50,231 nucleotides of DNA from an uncultured Dehalococcoidia bacterium (GTDB taxonomy: Bacteria; Chloroflexota; Dehalococcoidia; Lucifugimonadales; UBA826), in the NCBI GenBank assembly GCA_964435605.1, contig CAYTAN010000001.1:3278-53508 (forward strand). The letters run 5' to 3'. Positions 1 to 9,624 of the stretch are shown piece after piece. The notes beneath the pieces were generated by a model that saw only the letters and a list, made by a program, of their open reading frames with translations, had not been told where the DNA came from and searched no databases. Position 1 is the stretch's first letter, and every line of letters begins with the position of its first letter. The position numbers and the translations under genes were made by a program.

Positions 1-818
1 TCAGGAAAGAAAGGAAGTTAACTGACGGGGAAGATATCGACATAGATGATGTGATTGAAAATATGGTCGATATAAAAACTGGAGCTAGTCCTGACGAGAA
101 ATTTTACTGGAGAAGGAACAAGGTTCAACGTGATGTAGCAGTTGCTTTTTTACTAGACACTAGTGCTTCGACAGCAGAGGCAATTGATGAAGGGAAAAAC
201 AAGCAAGATGACTGGGATGCTCCGGACGATCCAGTAGAGTACATGGTTTGGCTTCGTACGAGACGCGGAGAACAGATGAGGAGATCTTACAAACGTATTA
301 TAGATGTCGAGAAAGAATCTATGGTTTTATTAATCAATGCCATTGAGGCAATTGGTGATGTCTATGGTATTTATGGGTTTTCTGGCTATGGTAGGGAGAA
401 TGTCGAATTTTATACAGTGAAGGATCTGGATGAAAATTTGTCAGCCAAAGTCAAAAAAAGGATAGATCGTATTGCTCCTTTGCACGCAACAAGGATGGGC
501 CCGGCAATTAGACACGCAGCCTATAAATTGGATCAGACAGATGCAAGGACAAAAATACTTTTTTTGATTAGTGATGGGAGACCTCAAGATCGTGGGTACA
601 GTCGTGAGGGTGTCGAGAAAGAATATGCTGTTCACGACACTAAAATGGCTCTAGATGAGGCAAAAAAACAAGGTATAAATTCTTTCTGCCTAACCGTCGA
701 CAAAAACGGACATGATTATCTAAAAACGATGTGTTCCGATATGGGATATGAGATTTTGGAAGATATAAATGATTTACCAGAAAGACTGTTAGTTCTTTAC
801 AGGCGTCTGACTATGTAA
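1..818 (+). CDS. VWA-domain protein, CbbO/NorD-like, C-terminal part (5' end lies upstream of the window)
   Basis: The reading frame is open from nt 3, with no stop before the listed Met at 51, so the gene enters from upstream. It has the MIDAS motif DxSxS (LLDTSASTAE) and a later SDGRPQD. The overall layout resembles VWA partner subunits of MoxR/CbbQ/NorQ AAA+ ATPases. Confidence 0.7.
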   Translation, partial: RKERKLTDGEDIDIDDVIENMVDIKTGASPDEKFYWRRNKVQRDVAVAFLLDTSASTAEAIDEGKNKQDDWDAPDDPVEYMVWLRTRRGEQMRRSYKRIIDVEKESMVLLINAIEAIGDVYGIYGFSGYGRENVEFYTVKDLDENLSAKVKKRIDRIAPLHATRMGPAIRHAAYKLDQTDARTKILFLISDGRPQDRGYSREGVEKEYAVHDTKMALDEAKKQGINSFCLTVDKNGHDYLKTMCSDMGYEILEDINDLPERLLVLYRRLTM

Positions 819-885
819 TAGATCTATCGATAAAAGTAAGCTCTTCCAATGAGCCTTACCATAAATTTATTCGGAGAAAAAGGTT

Positions 886-2001
886 ATGTTAGACAATTCT
901 CAAAGACTAGAAAAGTTAGCTGAACTGGGTCAATCAGTTTGGTACGACAACATCAGTAGGGATCTGATCGAGGACGGAAGCCTCAAGCGCCTTATCGATA
1001 GCGGTGTACGCGGACTGACTTCTAATCCCAGTATTTTTGAAAAGGCTGTATCTGGTAGTTCAATATACGACGAGGATATTAAAAGTTGTCTACCGGAAGA
1101 ATTTTCTGATTTGGATGTTTATGAAAAATTGGCTGTTAAAGATATACAAAGTGCTGCAGATTTATTGCAACCAATTTATGTTTCAAGTGGGAAAACTGAC
1201 GGATTTGTTTCTTTGGAAGTCAATCCACATTTGGCTAACGATACGGAAAACACAATAGCCGAGGGGCAGAGATTATTTGATCTCGTACGCAGAGAAAATT
1301 TAATGATCAAGGTTCCAGGCACTAGGGCGGGTCTACCGGCGATCACAGAGTTGGTTTCTAGATCAATAAACGTAAATGTAACACTTATCTTTTCCAACAA
1401 TGTTTATAGTGAAGTGAGGGCCGCATATTTAGCAGGTCTAGAAAGGCTCATAAGCAATGGAGGTGATGTTTCCAAAGTGTCTTCTGTGGCTTCTTTTTTT
1501 GTAAGCAGGGTTGATACAGCAGTTGACTTGAAACTTGAAGAAATAGGAACCTTTGAATCCAGACAGTTGCTTAGTACAGCGGCAATAGCCAACGCAAAAC
1601 AGGCCTATAGGGATTTCCTGAGCACTTTTTCATCTGATAGGTATTTAAAATTGCAGAAATTGGGTGCTCATCCTCAAAAACCACTTTGGGCCAGTACTAG
1701 TACAAAAAACCCTGATTTAAGTGATGTCTTGTACGTGGATTCGTTGATTGGGGCAGATACTGTTAATACTATGCCCGATATTACGTTGAGTGCTTATAAA
1801 GACCATGGTACTCCAGAACTTACTTTGGAAATTGGGTTGGATCAGTCAGATATGAGCATCAATTCTTTAAAGCATTTGGATGTTGACCTAGAAGAGATAA
1901 CGGACAATTTAGTTGTTGAAGGTGTGCGGTCCTTCCAAGATTCTTTCGATAAATTAATATCTGAAATTCAGGTAAAACGTTCTTCGATTTTGATTAATTA
2001 G
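886..2001 (+). CDS. tal: transaldolase (long form)
   Basis: 371-aa ORF with SVWYDNISR, TSNPSIF and MIKVPGT (active-site Lys context) motifs. A purine-rich RBS (ggagaaaaagg) lies just upstream. Confidence 0.9.
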   Translation: MLDNSQRLEKLAELGQSVWYDNISRDLIEDGSLKRLIDSGVRGLTSNPSIFEKAVSGSSIYDEDIKSCLPEEFSDLDVYEKLAVKDIQSAADLLQPIYVSSGKTDGFVSLEVNPHLANDTENTIAEGQRLFDLVRRENLMIKVPGTRAGLPAITELVSRSINVNVTLIFSNNVYSEVRAAYLAGLERLISNGGDVSKVSSVASFFVSRVDTAVDLKLEEIGTFESRQLLSTAAIANAKQAYRDFLSTFSSDRYLKLQKLGAHPQKPLWASTSTKNPDLSDVLYVDSLIGADTVNTMPDITLSAYKDHGTPELTLEIGLDQSDMSINSLKHLDVDLEEITDNLVVEGVRSFQDSFDKLISEIQVKRSSILIN

Positions 2002-2021
2002 CTACTAGGAAAAGTTATTAA

Positions 2022-3611
2022 TTGGACTCAAAAAACATTCCAAATTATGACTTTTTGGAATCGACAACCGAAGACATTACCCGTGCTACCAAAAGCCTTC
2101 TTAGCGATGATCAGGGTTCTGCCGGATCGAAAAGGTCCAAGGGTTGGCTATACGCCCCTTTGAACAGCAGACTTAGCCTAACTTCCATGGAAGAATTTGT
2201 ACAATTGCAAGAGTTAGCAGGGGTAAAGTACCAGTATGTTATGGGTATGGGTGGCAGCGTGTCAGGTTCAGCTGTACTGACTGAAAATCCCTTCAATCAA
2301 AGTGAGTTGAAAACTTTTTATTTGGATTCTAATCACCCACGTTTTATAGAAGAGATTATGTCCAACGTAGATTTTTATACGTCGAGGTTTGTGGTTTGCT
2401 CCAAGTCAGGTACAACCAAGGAAACTTTGACGCTTTTTAAATATTTTTTTGACCAATGTATAAATGAACTCGGGAACGAAGAAACTAAGAAACGATTCTT
2501 CTCTGTCACGGATCCTGATTCGCCACTACAGACTTTGTCTGAAGATATGAATATTCGTGTAATTCATAGTGATCGGGATATAGGGGGCAGATTTTCGATT
2601 TTATCTAGTCTCTCAATTATTCCCGCATTAATGTCGGGAGTTGACTTGGCAGAAATTATTCGGGGATCTGAAAGTGCTATGGTCAGATGCCTCGGAACTA
2701 AACCAGATGAGGAAATTGAATATCGGGTTGAATACTTACTGAATTGTCTCAAGGACAGCAGGGATAAACTGTCCATTTACGTTCCGAGATCTCTGGAAAG
2801 GTTCGGCTTGTGGTTGGTGCAACTGATTGCTGAGAGCCTGGGCAAAAATCAGGTCGGATTCATTCCTGTACTCAGATATTTACAGGACGATGAAGACATG
2901 AATCTTTATGATGATGAATGTTGTTTGATCATAAATGATGGCTCGATAGAACAGAGTGCCTATCGGGGGTCAGAGAAAAAATTGACACGATACACAGAAG
3001 TGATGGAAATAGATATTCACGATGCTGATAAATTAGGACAAGAAATATATTATTGGGAATTTTCTGTTGCCTTGATAGGACTGATGCTGGGAATCAATCC
3101 TTTCAACCAACCAGATGTAGAGCTTTCAAAAAGAATTTTTGAAGAAATAGAGTCCAGATCCGAAGATTGGTTTGGTGCTCCGCTTTTTGAAAACTCGATT
3201 GAAGATACGTTTGAACAAATAAGTACAGAGGTTGAATTTGGAAAGTACATTGCTATCCTTCCATATTTGAATCCATCAGACAGGTGTAGAGAAGTTTTTG
3301 AGAATTTAAGATCTCGGTTGGAATCTTATTTTCATGTGCCCGTTGTTTTGGACTTTGGCCCAAGATATTTGCATTCAACGGGTCAATTATTTAAAGGAGG
3401 GCCTCTTAGCGGGGTGTTCATACAAATTTTGGAAAAAGGACATCAGGATAAATTGAAGTCAAATGAGTTGATTGAATCATACGCCCAGATGGTTTTTCAG
3501 GCACGATCAGATTATGAGGCAATGGAGAAACTAGGCAGATCTGTTTGCAGAATATACATTCCATTCGATGATTTGGAATTGGTGCAGAACTCCGTCAACT
3601 ATATGGGATGA
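2022..3611 (+). CDS. pgi: glucose-6-phosphate isomerase (divergent type, like the Pgi half of Tal-Pgi fusions)
   Basis: 529-aa ORF starting at TTG, 20 nt after the tal stop, with AGGAAA about 10 nt upstream. It carries SIS-domain motifs CSKSGTTKET and DIGGRFS. The next in-frame Met is about 55 codons downstream. Confidence 0.8.
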   Translation: MDSKNIPNYDFLESTTEDITRATKSLLSDDQGSAGSKRSKGWLYAPLNSRLSLTSMEEFVQLQELAGVKYQYVMGMGGSVSGSAVLTENPFNQSELKTFYLDSNHPRFIEEIMSNVDFYTSRFVVCSKSGTTKETLTLFKYFFDQCINELGNEETKKRFFSVTDPDSPLQTLSEDMNIRVIHSDRDIGGRFSILSSLSIIPALMSGVDLAEIIRGSESAMVRCLGTKPDEEIEYRVEYLLNCLKDSRDKLSIYVPRSLERFGLWLVQLIAESLGKNQVGFIPVLRYLQDDEDMNLYDDECCLIINDGSIEQSAYRGSEKKLTRYTEVMEIDIHDADKLGQEIYYWEFSVALIGLMLGINPFNQPDVELSKRIFEEIESRSEDWFGAPLFENSIEDTFEQISTEVEFGKYIAILPYLNPSDRCREVFENLRSRLESYFHVPVVLDFGPRYLHSTGQLFKGGPLSGVFIQILEKGHQDKLKSNELIESYAQMVFQARSDYEAMEKLGRSVCRIYIPFDDLELVQNSVNYMG

Positions 3612-3661
3612 ATGGTATATTTATTCAAATAAGATGGCGAATTTGGCTATGTGCCCACTTG

Positions 3662-4468
3662 TTATTTAGATGTGAGGGATGTGATAGCTCTATTTGATAC
3701 TGATTGGTACTCAGCTAATATTTCATTATCAAGAAGAACAGCGGGTCTAGATGTATCCTGATATTTTTCTCGGAGTGTTAGAGGTCCCAAGAATTCCAAA
3801 CCTAGTTCCTCGGATATTTCTTCACCCGCTCCACTTCCGAATATTCCGCCCGACATGTTCTCCACTACCCCTAGAACGTTAACTTGAAGTTTTCGGATCA
3901 TGTTTATGGATCTTTTCGCATCTATCTTTGCTAGTTCTTGAGGTGTGGTCACTACTATAAATCCGTCCATGGTAAGAACCTGCATCACAGTTAAAGGGGC
4001 ATCGGATGTGCCAGGAGGCATGTCTACAACTAGATAATCAAGCTCATTCCATTCGGTTGACTGAAGCATTTGGTTTATGGCATTGTGTATCATTGGCCCT
4101 CGCCATATGATTGCCTCATCTTCATTTTCTTGGAAATAGGCCATTGACATAACTTTAACCCCAAAACGTTCTGGGGGAGTCATTTTTTTGTTTGAACCCA
4201 TGACTGGTTGCGACGATATTTTCATCGCTCGAACAACGTTAGGACAGTCTATATCAACATCCAATATTGCAACCTTTGCCCCTTCATTGGCCAAAGTGCT
4301 AGCTAGATTTATAGCGACCGTTGTCTTCCCGACTCCGCCTTTTCCGCTGTAGACACCAATCTTTTGCTTAATACCGGCCAAAGATTCGTCTATTTGCCTT
4401 TTTTGGTCAAACTGGCGTTTCATTGCCTCGATTTTCGCTCGAGCCTGGGCAGGGTTTTGTTGATTCAT
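3662..4468 (-). CDS. Mrp/ApbC/NBP35-family P-loop ATPase (atypical: no CxxC motif)
   Basis: It has the deviant Walker A SGKGGVGKTT plus WRGPM, DYLVVDMPPGTSD and VVENMS motifs. I place the start at MNQQNP (ATG 4466-4468), because the longer ORF to 4570 would overlap the upstream DUF59 gene by 55 nt. Confidence 0.85.
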   Translation of the reverse strand: MNQQNPAQARAKIEAMKRQFDQKRQIDESLAGIKQKIGVYSGKGGVGKTTVAINLASTLANEGAKVAILDVDIDCPNVVRAMKISSQPVMGSNKKMTPPERFGVKVMSMAYFQENEDEAIIWRGPMIHNAINQMLQSTEWNELDYLVVDMPPGTSDAPLTVMQVLTMDGFIVVTTPQELAKIDAKRSINMIRKLQVNVLGVVENMSGGIFGSGAGEEISEELGLEFLGPLTLREKYQDTSRPAVLLDNEILAEYQSVSNRAITSLTSK

Positions 4469-4515
4469 TGATGATTCCGATTTTATGGCGAAGTTAGTTA
4501 ATGGAGGCCGGTATA

Positions 4516-4845
4516 TTAGTCCAATCCCAGAAGTCGTTTGCCTTCTTCTGTGATCATGTCTGGAGTCCAAGGTGGATCAAACACCAGGTCGACATTTATG
4601 TCTTCTATACCTTCTACTTCGGCGAGTCGCCATTCAGCTTGTTGGGCTATATAGGGCCCCATGCCGCACCCGGCGAAGGTCAGGGTCATCTGCACTTCAA
4701 CATCAGCATCAGCGACTTCAACTTCGTAAACCAGGCCTAAGTCAACAATATTGACCGGGATTTCTGGATCGTAGACATCTCTCAGTGCTTCCAATACATC
4801 ATCTTTTGTTACGGTTTTAAGGTTAGCCATTTCCTTCCCTAGCAT
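4516..4845 (-). CDS. DUF59 / SufT-PaaD-like Fe-S assembly factor
   Basis: About 105-aa ORF with [24 protein letters not shown] and TFAGCGMG motifs typical of DUF59 (MIP18/SufT) proteins. An alternative start at MANLK (4830) is possible. Confidence 0.8.
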   Translation of the reverse strand: MLGKEMANLKTVTKDDVLEALRDVYDPEIPVNIVDLGLVYEVEVADADVEVQMTLTFAGCGMGPYIAQQAEWRLAEVEGIEDINVDLVFDPPWTPDMITEEGKRLLGLD

Positions 4846-4914
4846 ATGTTTGGTTTCTTGACCGCTACGGTCATCAATAAATTCTATATATGGGTTTTAC
4901 AAGTGTCAATTTTA

Positions 4915-6897
4915 CTAGCTACCGTCAACCAATACTTTCCTGAGATCAACTATTTGATCTCTTATAATGGCGGCTTTTTCATATTCTAAGTCTTTAGCAG
5001 CCTTTTTCATTTGAGATTCCAAGTCTTTAACTAATCTTGTAAGGTCCTCCAGTGGTAATTCTCCCGCCGGAATGCCTGGTGTTTCTGTTTCTTTCGTCAC
5101 GTCCTTAATCCTGTCATTGATATCTCTGATAGTTTTCCGTATTGACTCCGGTTCTAGGCCATTTTCGAGATTGTGTGTTCGTTGGATTTGGCGTCTTCTT
5201 TCAGTTTCATCTATTGCCTGTTTCATTGATCGGGTGACTGTATCTGCGTACATTATGACTTTCCCGTCAACATGTCTTGCTGCTCTGCCAACAGTTTGTA
5301 TTAAGGCTGTGGCTGATCTCAAATAACCTTCTTTGTCAGCATCTAATATCGCCACGAGGCTTACTTCTGGTAAGTCGAGCCCTTCTCGCAACAGATTTAT
5401 TCCGACAACAACATCATATACTCCGAGCCTGAGGTCTCTCAAAATCTCACTTCTCTCCAAAGTATCGATTTCCGAGTGCAGATAATGGGTCCGCACCCCA
5501 CTTTCTTTTAGAAAGTCAGACAGTTCCTCAGCCATTCTTTTTGTCAATGTAGTAACGAGAATTCGTTCCTCCTTTTGAATTCGAAGATTTATTTCATGCA
5601 TTAAATCGTCAATTTGGCCATTAATTGGTTTAACCTCAATAATAGGATCTAAAAGACCTGTAGGTCTTATGACCTGTTCGGCTACTTTTTCACTGTGCTC
5701 CAACTCATATGGCCCTGGTGTCGCGGAGACATAAATTACCTGATTTATTCGATCATTGAATTCCTGAAAATTTAAAGGCCTGTTATCTAGAGCTGATGGA
5801 AGTCTGAAACCGTGTTCTACGAGAGTTTCCTTGCGCGATTTATCTCCACCGTACATACCCCGGACTTGGGGTAGGGTCATATGGGATTCATCTACAAACA
5901 AAATGTAGTCTTTGGGCAAATAGTCTAAAAGTGTGTAGGGGGTACTTCCCGCCGCTCTCTGAGAAAGGTGACGAGAGTAATTTTCCACTCCTGAACAAAA
6001 TCCAGCGATTTCCAACATTTCTACGTCATACTTTGTTCTGGATTCCAATCTTTGTGCTTCAAGCAATTTACCGTGAGATTTCAAAAATTTCAATTGTTCT
6101 GATAATTCTCGGTTTATGTCTTCAATCGCCATTTTTAATTTATCTTCTGATGTGACGAAATGCTTAGCTGGATATATTTCTGCGTGGTCTTTTTCAGACA
6201 AAATTTCCCCCGTCAACGGGTCCAACTGAATTATTCTTTCAACTTCATCACCCCAAAAGTCTATTCTTAAACCTAACTCCTCGTATGCAGGCAAAATTTC
6301 TAGGGTGTCTCCTTTCACTCTGAATTTGCCTCTGGAAAGATCAAAATCATTTCTTTCGTACTGCATATCGACGAGCTGCCTGACAAGCTTGCTCCTCATT
6401 AGAGTCTCGCCTTTGTGTATAGAAGCTACAAATCCTTGATATTCTTCTGGAGATCCTAGGCCAAATATGCAAGAGACAGAAGCGACAATTACTACGTCTC
6501 TTCTTGTCAGTAATGATCTGGTGGCGGAGTGCCTCAGCTTGTCTAGTTGCTCGTTTACGTCAGCGTCTTTCTCTATATATGTATCGGTTCGGGGTACATA
6601 TGCCTCCGGCTGATAGTAGTCGTAGTAACTAACAAAATATTCCACAGCGTTTTCGGGAAAAAACTGCTGTAATTCAGTGGTTAGTTGAGCTGCAAGGGTT
6701 TTGTTATGGGCTAAAACAAGGGTTGGGCGCTGAGTTTTTTCAATCACGCATGCCATCGTGAATGTTTTTCCGCTTCCAGTTACCCCAAGAAGAGTTTGGC
6801 GTTCTTTTCCATCTTCTAAACCGATGATTAGATCGTCAACCGCTTTCGGTTGGTCCCCTGTCGGTGCGAAGTCTGCAACTAACTTAAACTCGGACAT
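4915..6897 (-). CDS. uvrB: excinuclease ABC subunit B
   Basis: 660 aa with Walker A GVTGSGKT and a DESH box. A C-terminal UVR domain is present ([16 protein letters not shown]). The overall UvrB pattern is unmistakable. Confidence 0.97.
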   Translation of the reverse strand: MSEFKLVADFAPTGDQPKAVDDLIIGLEDGKERQTLLGVTGSGKTFTMACVIEKTQRPTLVLAHNKTLAAQLTTELQQFFPENAVEYFVSYYDYYQPEAYVPRTDTYIEKDADVNEQLDKLRHSATRSLLTRRDVVIVASVSCIFGLGSPEEYQGFVASIHKGETLMRSKLVRQLVDMQYERNDFDLSRGKFRVKGDTLEILPAYEELGLRIDFWGDEVERIIQLDPLTGEILSEKDHAEIYPAKHFVTSEDKLKMAIEDINRELSEQLKFLKSHGKLLEAQRLESRTKYDVEMLEIAGFCSGVENYSRHLSQRAAGSTPYTLLDYLPKDYILFVDESHMTLPQVRGMYGGDKSRKETLVEHGFRLPSALDNRPLNFQEFNDRINQVIYVSATPGPYELEHSEKVAEQVIRPTGLLDPIIEVKPINGQIDDLMHEINLRIQKEERILVTTLTKRMAEELSDFLKESGVRTHYLHSEIDTLERSEILRDLRLGVYDVVVGINLLREGLDLPEVSLVAILDADKEGYLRSATALIQTVGRAARHVDGKVIMYADTVTRSMKQAIDETERRRQIQRTHNLENGLEPESIRKTIRDINDRIKDVTKETETPGIPAGELPLEDLTRLVKDLESQMKKAAKDLEYEKAAIIRDQIVDLRKVLVDGS

Positions 6898-7675
6898 GCC
6901 TTTTCTCCTGTTTACGAATCATCCAAATCATGTCCTGTGATGGGTCATTGTACGAGTTACCATTGTAATCTCCCATCAGATCTATTATTTCGTACCCGCA
7001 ATAGTGAAACAAGTATTCTGCTTCTTGAGGGTATGTATATCGCAAACTAAATGGGGCGTAGCGGGTATCTGATATAAATCCGTTTTTTGAGGTCTCAACT
7101 TTTATTTCTACTCGTAAAGTTTGCTTGCTCATACAAACCTCGGTTCTATGCCAGACAGATCGTGTAACTTCTGAAACAGAGTCTGTTATTTCTTTCACCT
7201 TATACATTTTTCTGGGATTCTGATTAAATATTTCAGAAGTAGGGGTGAAGAGATTGATTATCACTTTGTGTTCTTTATCAAGCACATTCCTTAGTCCTGC
7301 AAGACATTCTTGTTGTTCTGGCAGTGTTAATAAGGATTGGAATCCTCTGTACGGAGCAATGACCAATTTGAATTTTCTGTCAAATGATTTCCCGACGTTC
7401 ACCATGTTTCCGACTACAAAAGCGCCGGTTGCTGATTCATTTATATGAGAAGTTTTTCTTTGGAGAACCTGCATCATGCTTTTGGATGAATCCAGACCGG
7501 AAATGTCGTACCCATTTTTGAGGAGCGGTATTGTGATTCTTCCTGTTCCACATCCCAGTTCTAGGATGGGACCATTAGCCAATTTTGAGTGGTGCACATA
7601 AAAATCAATATCGTCTGAAACATCAGCATATACTTGGTCATATATTTCAGACCATATCGCAAATTGATCTATCAT
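6884..7675 (-). CDS. class I SAM-dependent methyltransferase
   Basis: It has SAM-binding motif [16 protein letters not shown]. Its start overlaps the ruvA stop (ATGA at 7672-7675), and its 3' end overlaps the uvrB start by 14 nt. Confidence 0.8.
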   Translation of the reverse strand: MIDQFAIWSEIYDQVYADVSDDIDFYVHHSKLANGPILELGCGTGRITIPLLKNGYDISGLDSSKSMMQVLQRKTSHINESATGAFVVGNMVNVGKSFDRKFKLVIAPYRGFQSLLTLPEQQECLAGLRNVLDKEHKVIINLFTPTSEIFNQNPRKMYKVKEITDSVSEVTRSVWHRTEVCMSKQTLRVEIKVETSKNGFISDTRYAPFSLRYTYPQEAEYLFHYCGYEIIDLMGDYNGNSYNDPSQDMIWMIRKQEKRHVRV

Positions 7676-8244
7676 TGTGAGTTAAGGAATTGAAGTGAAG
7701 CTCTTAATTTTTCCTCCGTATTGGTTATGCCTTCAGGTATACTCCTTATTGCTTCCCGAGCCTCCTGAATTGAATACCCTAGGGCCGTTAATGAGTTGAA
7801 GACATCGTCATCTGGAGACAGTCTTTGTATGTCAGGTGCTATCTGTTCTATTTTTCCTTTAAGCTCGAGGATGATGCGGTTCGCTGTTCGTTTACCGACT
7901 CCAGGTACCCTTGTTAAAGAGTCACTGTCTTCAGTTTCAACGACGGTGTGAAGGGTCTCACTGTCAAAGATACTCAAAATTGCAAGCGCTAGCCTTGGTC
8001 CGACGCTATTTATAGTTATCAATGTCTCAAAAAAGTCTCTCATGTTTTCCGAATTGAAGCCGTATACAGAAAGACTGTCTTGTCTTATTTGAAGTGAGGT
8101 TGATAGAGATACTGGGTCTCCGATCGCCACGTTGTCTGGGATAAGTCCGGTAGGTATGTGTATTCTGAAGGTTACTCCGCCGACAGAAATATCAACATAG
8201 TTGTCGCCTAGTGATTTTAGATTTCCTTCTATACCTGATATCAA
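7672..8244 (-). CDS. ruvA: Holliday junction branch migration complex subunit RuvA
   Basis: 190 aa with an N-terminal OB-like region (ISGIEGNL...VDISVGGVTFRI) and helix-hairpin-helix motifs (LTRVPGVGKRTANRIILEL). Confidence 0.93.
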   Translation of the reverse strand: MISGIEGNLKSLGDNYVDISVGGVTFRIHIPTGLIPDNVAIGDPVSLSTSLQIRQDSLSVYGFNSENMRDFFETLITINSVGPRLALAILSIFDSETLHTVVETEDSDSLTRVPGVGKRTANRIILELKGKIEQIAPDIQRLSPDDDVFNSLTALGYSIQEAREAIRSIPEGITNTEEKLRASLQFLNSQ

Positions 8245-8253
8245 TACTGTTCC

Positions 8254-8748
8254 TTATTCGTTAAATGTTAAACCTTGGATCATTTTGGAGTTGTGATGAC
8301 ATATCGCTACGGCGAGCGCATCACTTATGTCATCTGGGCCTTGGATTTCAATATTACCCAACAGTATTTCCACCATAGATTTGACCTGATGTTTTGAACT
8401 GCCGCCATTGTTAGTCACTGACTTTTTTATTTCTCTCGCAGCATATCTTGTTACTGCTTTTTCGTGTTTTGTCGCTATTATTAAAGCTGTGGCTTGAGCT
8501 TGACCTATGGCTATCGCAGTTCGTGGGTTTTCTGAGACGAACGGTTCTTCTATGGCCACCTCATCCGGGTCCATTTCCAGAATTATTTTCTCTATAGCAT
8601 CATAGATAGTCGTTAATCGTTGCTCAATCGTTTGATTTTTTCGAGTTTTAATGACTGAGTGATATGGAGTGCTTAGTTCACCTGAAATAGAGTCTACGAC
8701 TCCGATACCTGTGGAGATAGTACCTGGGTCAATCCCTAGAATTCTCAA
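8254..8748 (-). CDS. ruvC: crossover junction endodeoxyribonuclease RuvC
   Basis: 164 aa starting MRILGIDPGTISTGIGVV, with acidic catalytic motifs IEEPF and DALAVAICH. Confidence 0.93.
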   Translation of the reverse strand: MRILGIDPGTISTGIGVVDSISGELSTPYHSVIKTRKNQTIEQRLTTIYDAIEKIILEMDPDEVAIEEPFVSENPRTAIAIGQAQATALIIATKHEKAVTRYAAREIKKSVTNNGGSSKHQVKSMVEILLGNIEIQGPDDISDALAVAICHHNSKMIQGLTFNE

Positions 8749-8760
8749 TGTATTTCCAAC

Positions 8761-9516
8761 TCAATCGCCCTTGAAATCTTGTAAAGCATCTTCAGGGAAA
8801 TCGGCATTTGAATAGACTTTTTGAACATCATCTAGATCTTCTAGCGTTTCAAGCAATCTCAACGTTTGAATTGCCTTTCGACTGTCTAGCATCACGGTAT
8901 TGCTTGGAATCATCGACAATTCAGTTGATGAAACCGCAGCTTCACTACTGGTGAGGGTCGTGCGTATTTCTTCTAAATTGTGGGGCTCAGAATAAATATG
9001 CAGGGTTCCGTCATATGCTTCAAAGTCGTCCGCACCTGCGTCTATAGCTATCATAGCGACATCGTCAGATTCTGAATCAGAAACATCGACAACGATCACC
9101 CCTTTTTGTTCAAATTGCCATGCAACTGCGCCAGAAGATGCCATGTTGCCTCCGGCTTTACTTAGAGTCGAACGTATATCGGAGACTGTTCGGTTTTTAT
9201 TATCTGTCAAAGTTTCGAGCATTATTCCCACACCGCCTGGTCCATATCCCTCATATGTAATTTCTGCCATGACGTCGCCGTCACCTGAGCCGCCGGCCCC
9301 CTTTTTGACTGCCCTGTCAATGTTGTCTGCTGGCATATTGTTATCTTTGGCTATTTGTATGGCCATACGGAGCCTAAAATTCATATCAGCATCACTGCCA
9401 CCTTGCTTGGCAGCAACTATAATTTCTTTAGACAATTTGGTGAATAATTTTCCTCGGCGGGCATCAGTTACAGCTTTTTTATGTTTGATGGTGGACCATT
9501 TAGAATGACCAGACAT
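8761..9516 (-). CDS. yebC: YebC/PmpR family DNA-binding transcriptional regulator
   Basis: It has the N-terminal signature MSGHSKWSTIKHKKAVTDARRGKLFTKL and is 251 aa long. It sits in the classic position upstream of ruvC. Confidence 0.93.
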   Translation of the reverse strand: MSGHSKWSTIKHKKAVTDARRGKLFTKLSKEIIVAAKQGGSDADMNFRLRMAIQIAKDNNMPADNIDRAVKKGAGGSGDGDVMAEITYEGYGPGGVGIMLETLTDNKNRTVSDIRSTLSKAGGNMASSGAVAWQFEQKGVIVVDVSDSESDDVAMIAIDAGADDFEAYDGTLHIYSEPHNLEEIRTTLTSSEAAVSSTELSMIPSNTVMLDSRKAIQTLRLLETLEDLDDVQKVYSNADFPEDALQDFKGD

Positions 9517-9624
9517 TGGTTCGAACCTCCCCTTGGCATAAGTACAAGTTTGACAATTTGATTATATCTGATGTGGCTTCGCTAAAAAAATTAGTTTGCT
9601 GGTAGGAAGCTGAGTTGTATAAAT

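Noticed and set aside
3662-4570. Long 302-aa form of the Mrp-like ORF
   Set aside because: The first 34 codons overlap the DUF59 gene and encode a basic, low-complexity peptide. An internal ATG at 4468 gives a normal-length Mrp N-terminus.
9143-9508. 121-aa plus-strand ORF inside yebC. Similar antisense ORFs lie at 10126-10593, 19959-20417, 30618-31049, 31812-32243 and 10892-11251.
   Set aside because: All of them are antisense to ORFs with strong family motifs. Their translations are Ser/Leu/Pro/Cys-rich with no recognisable domains, so I treat them as shadow ORFs.
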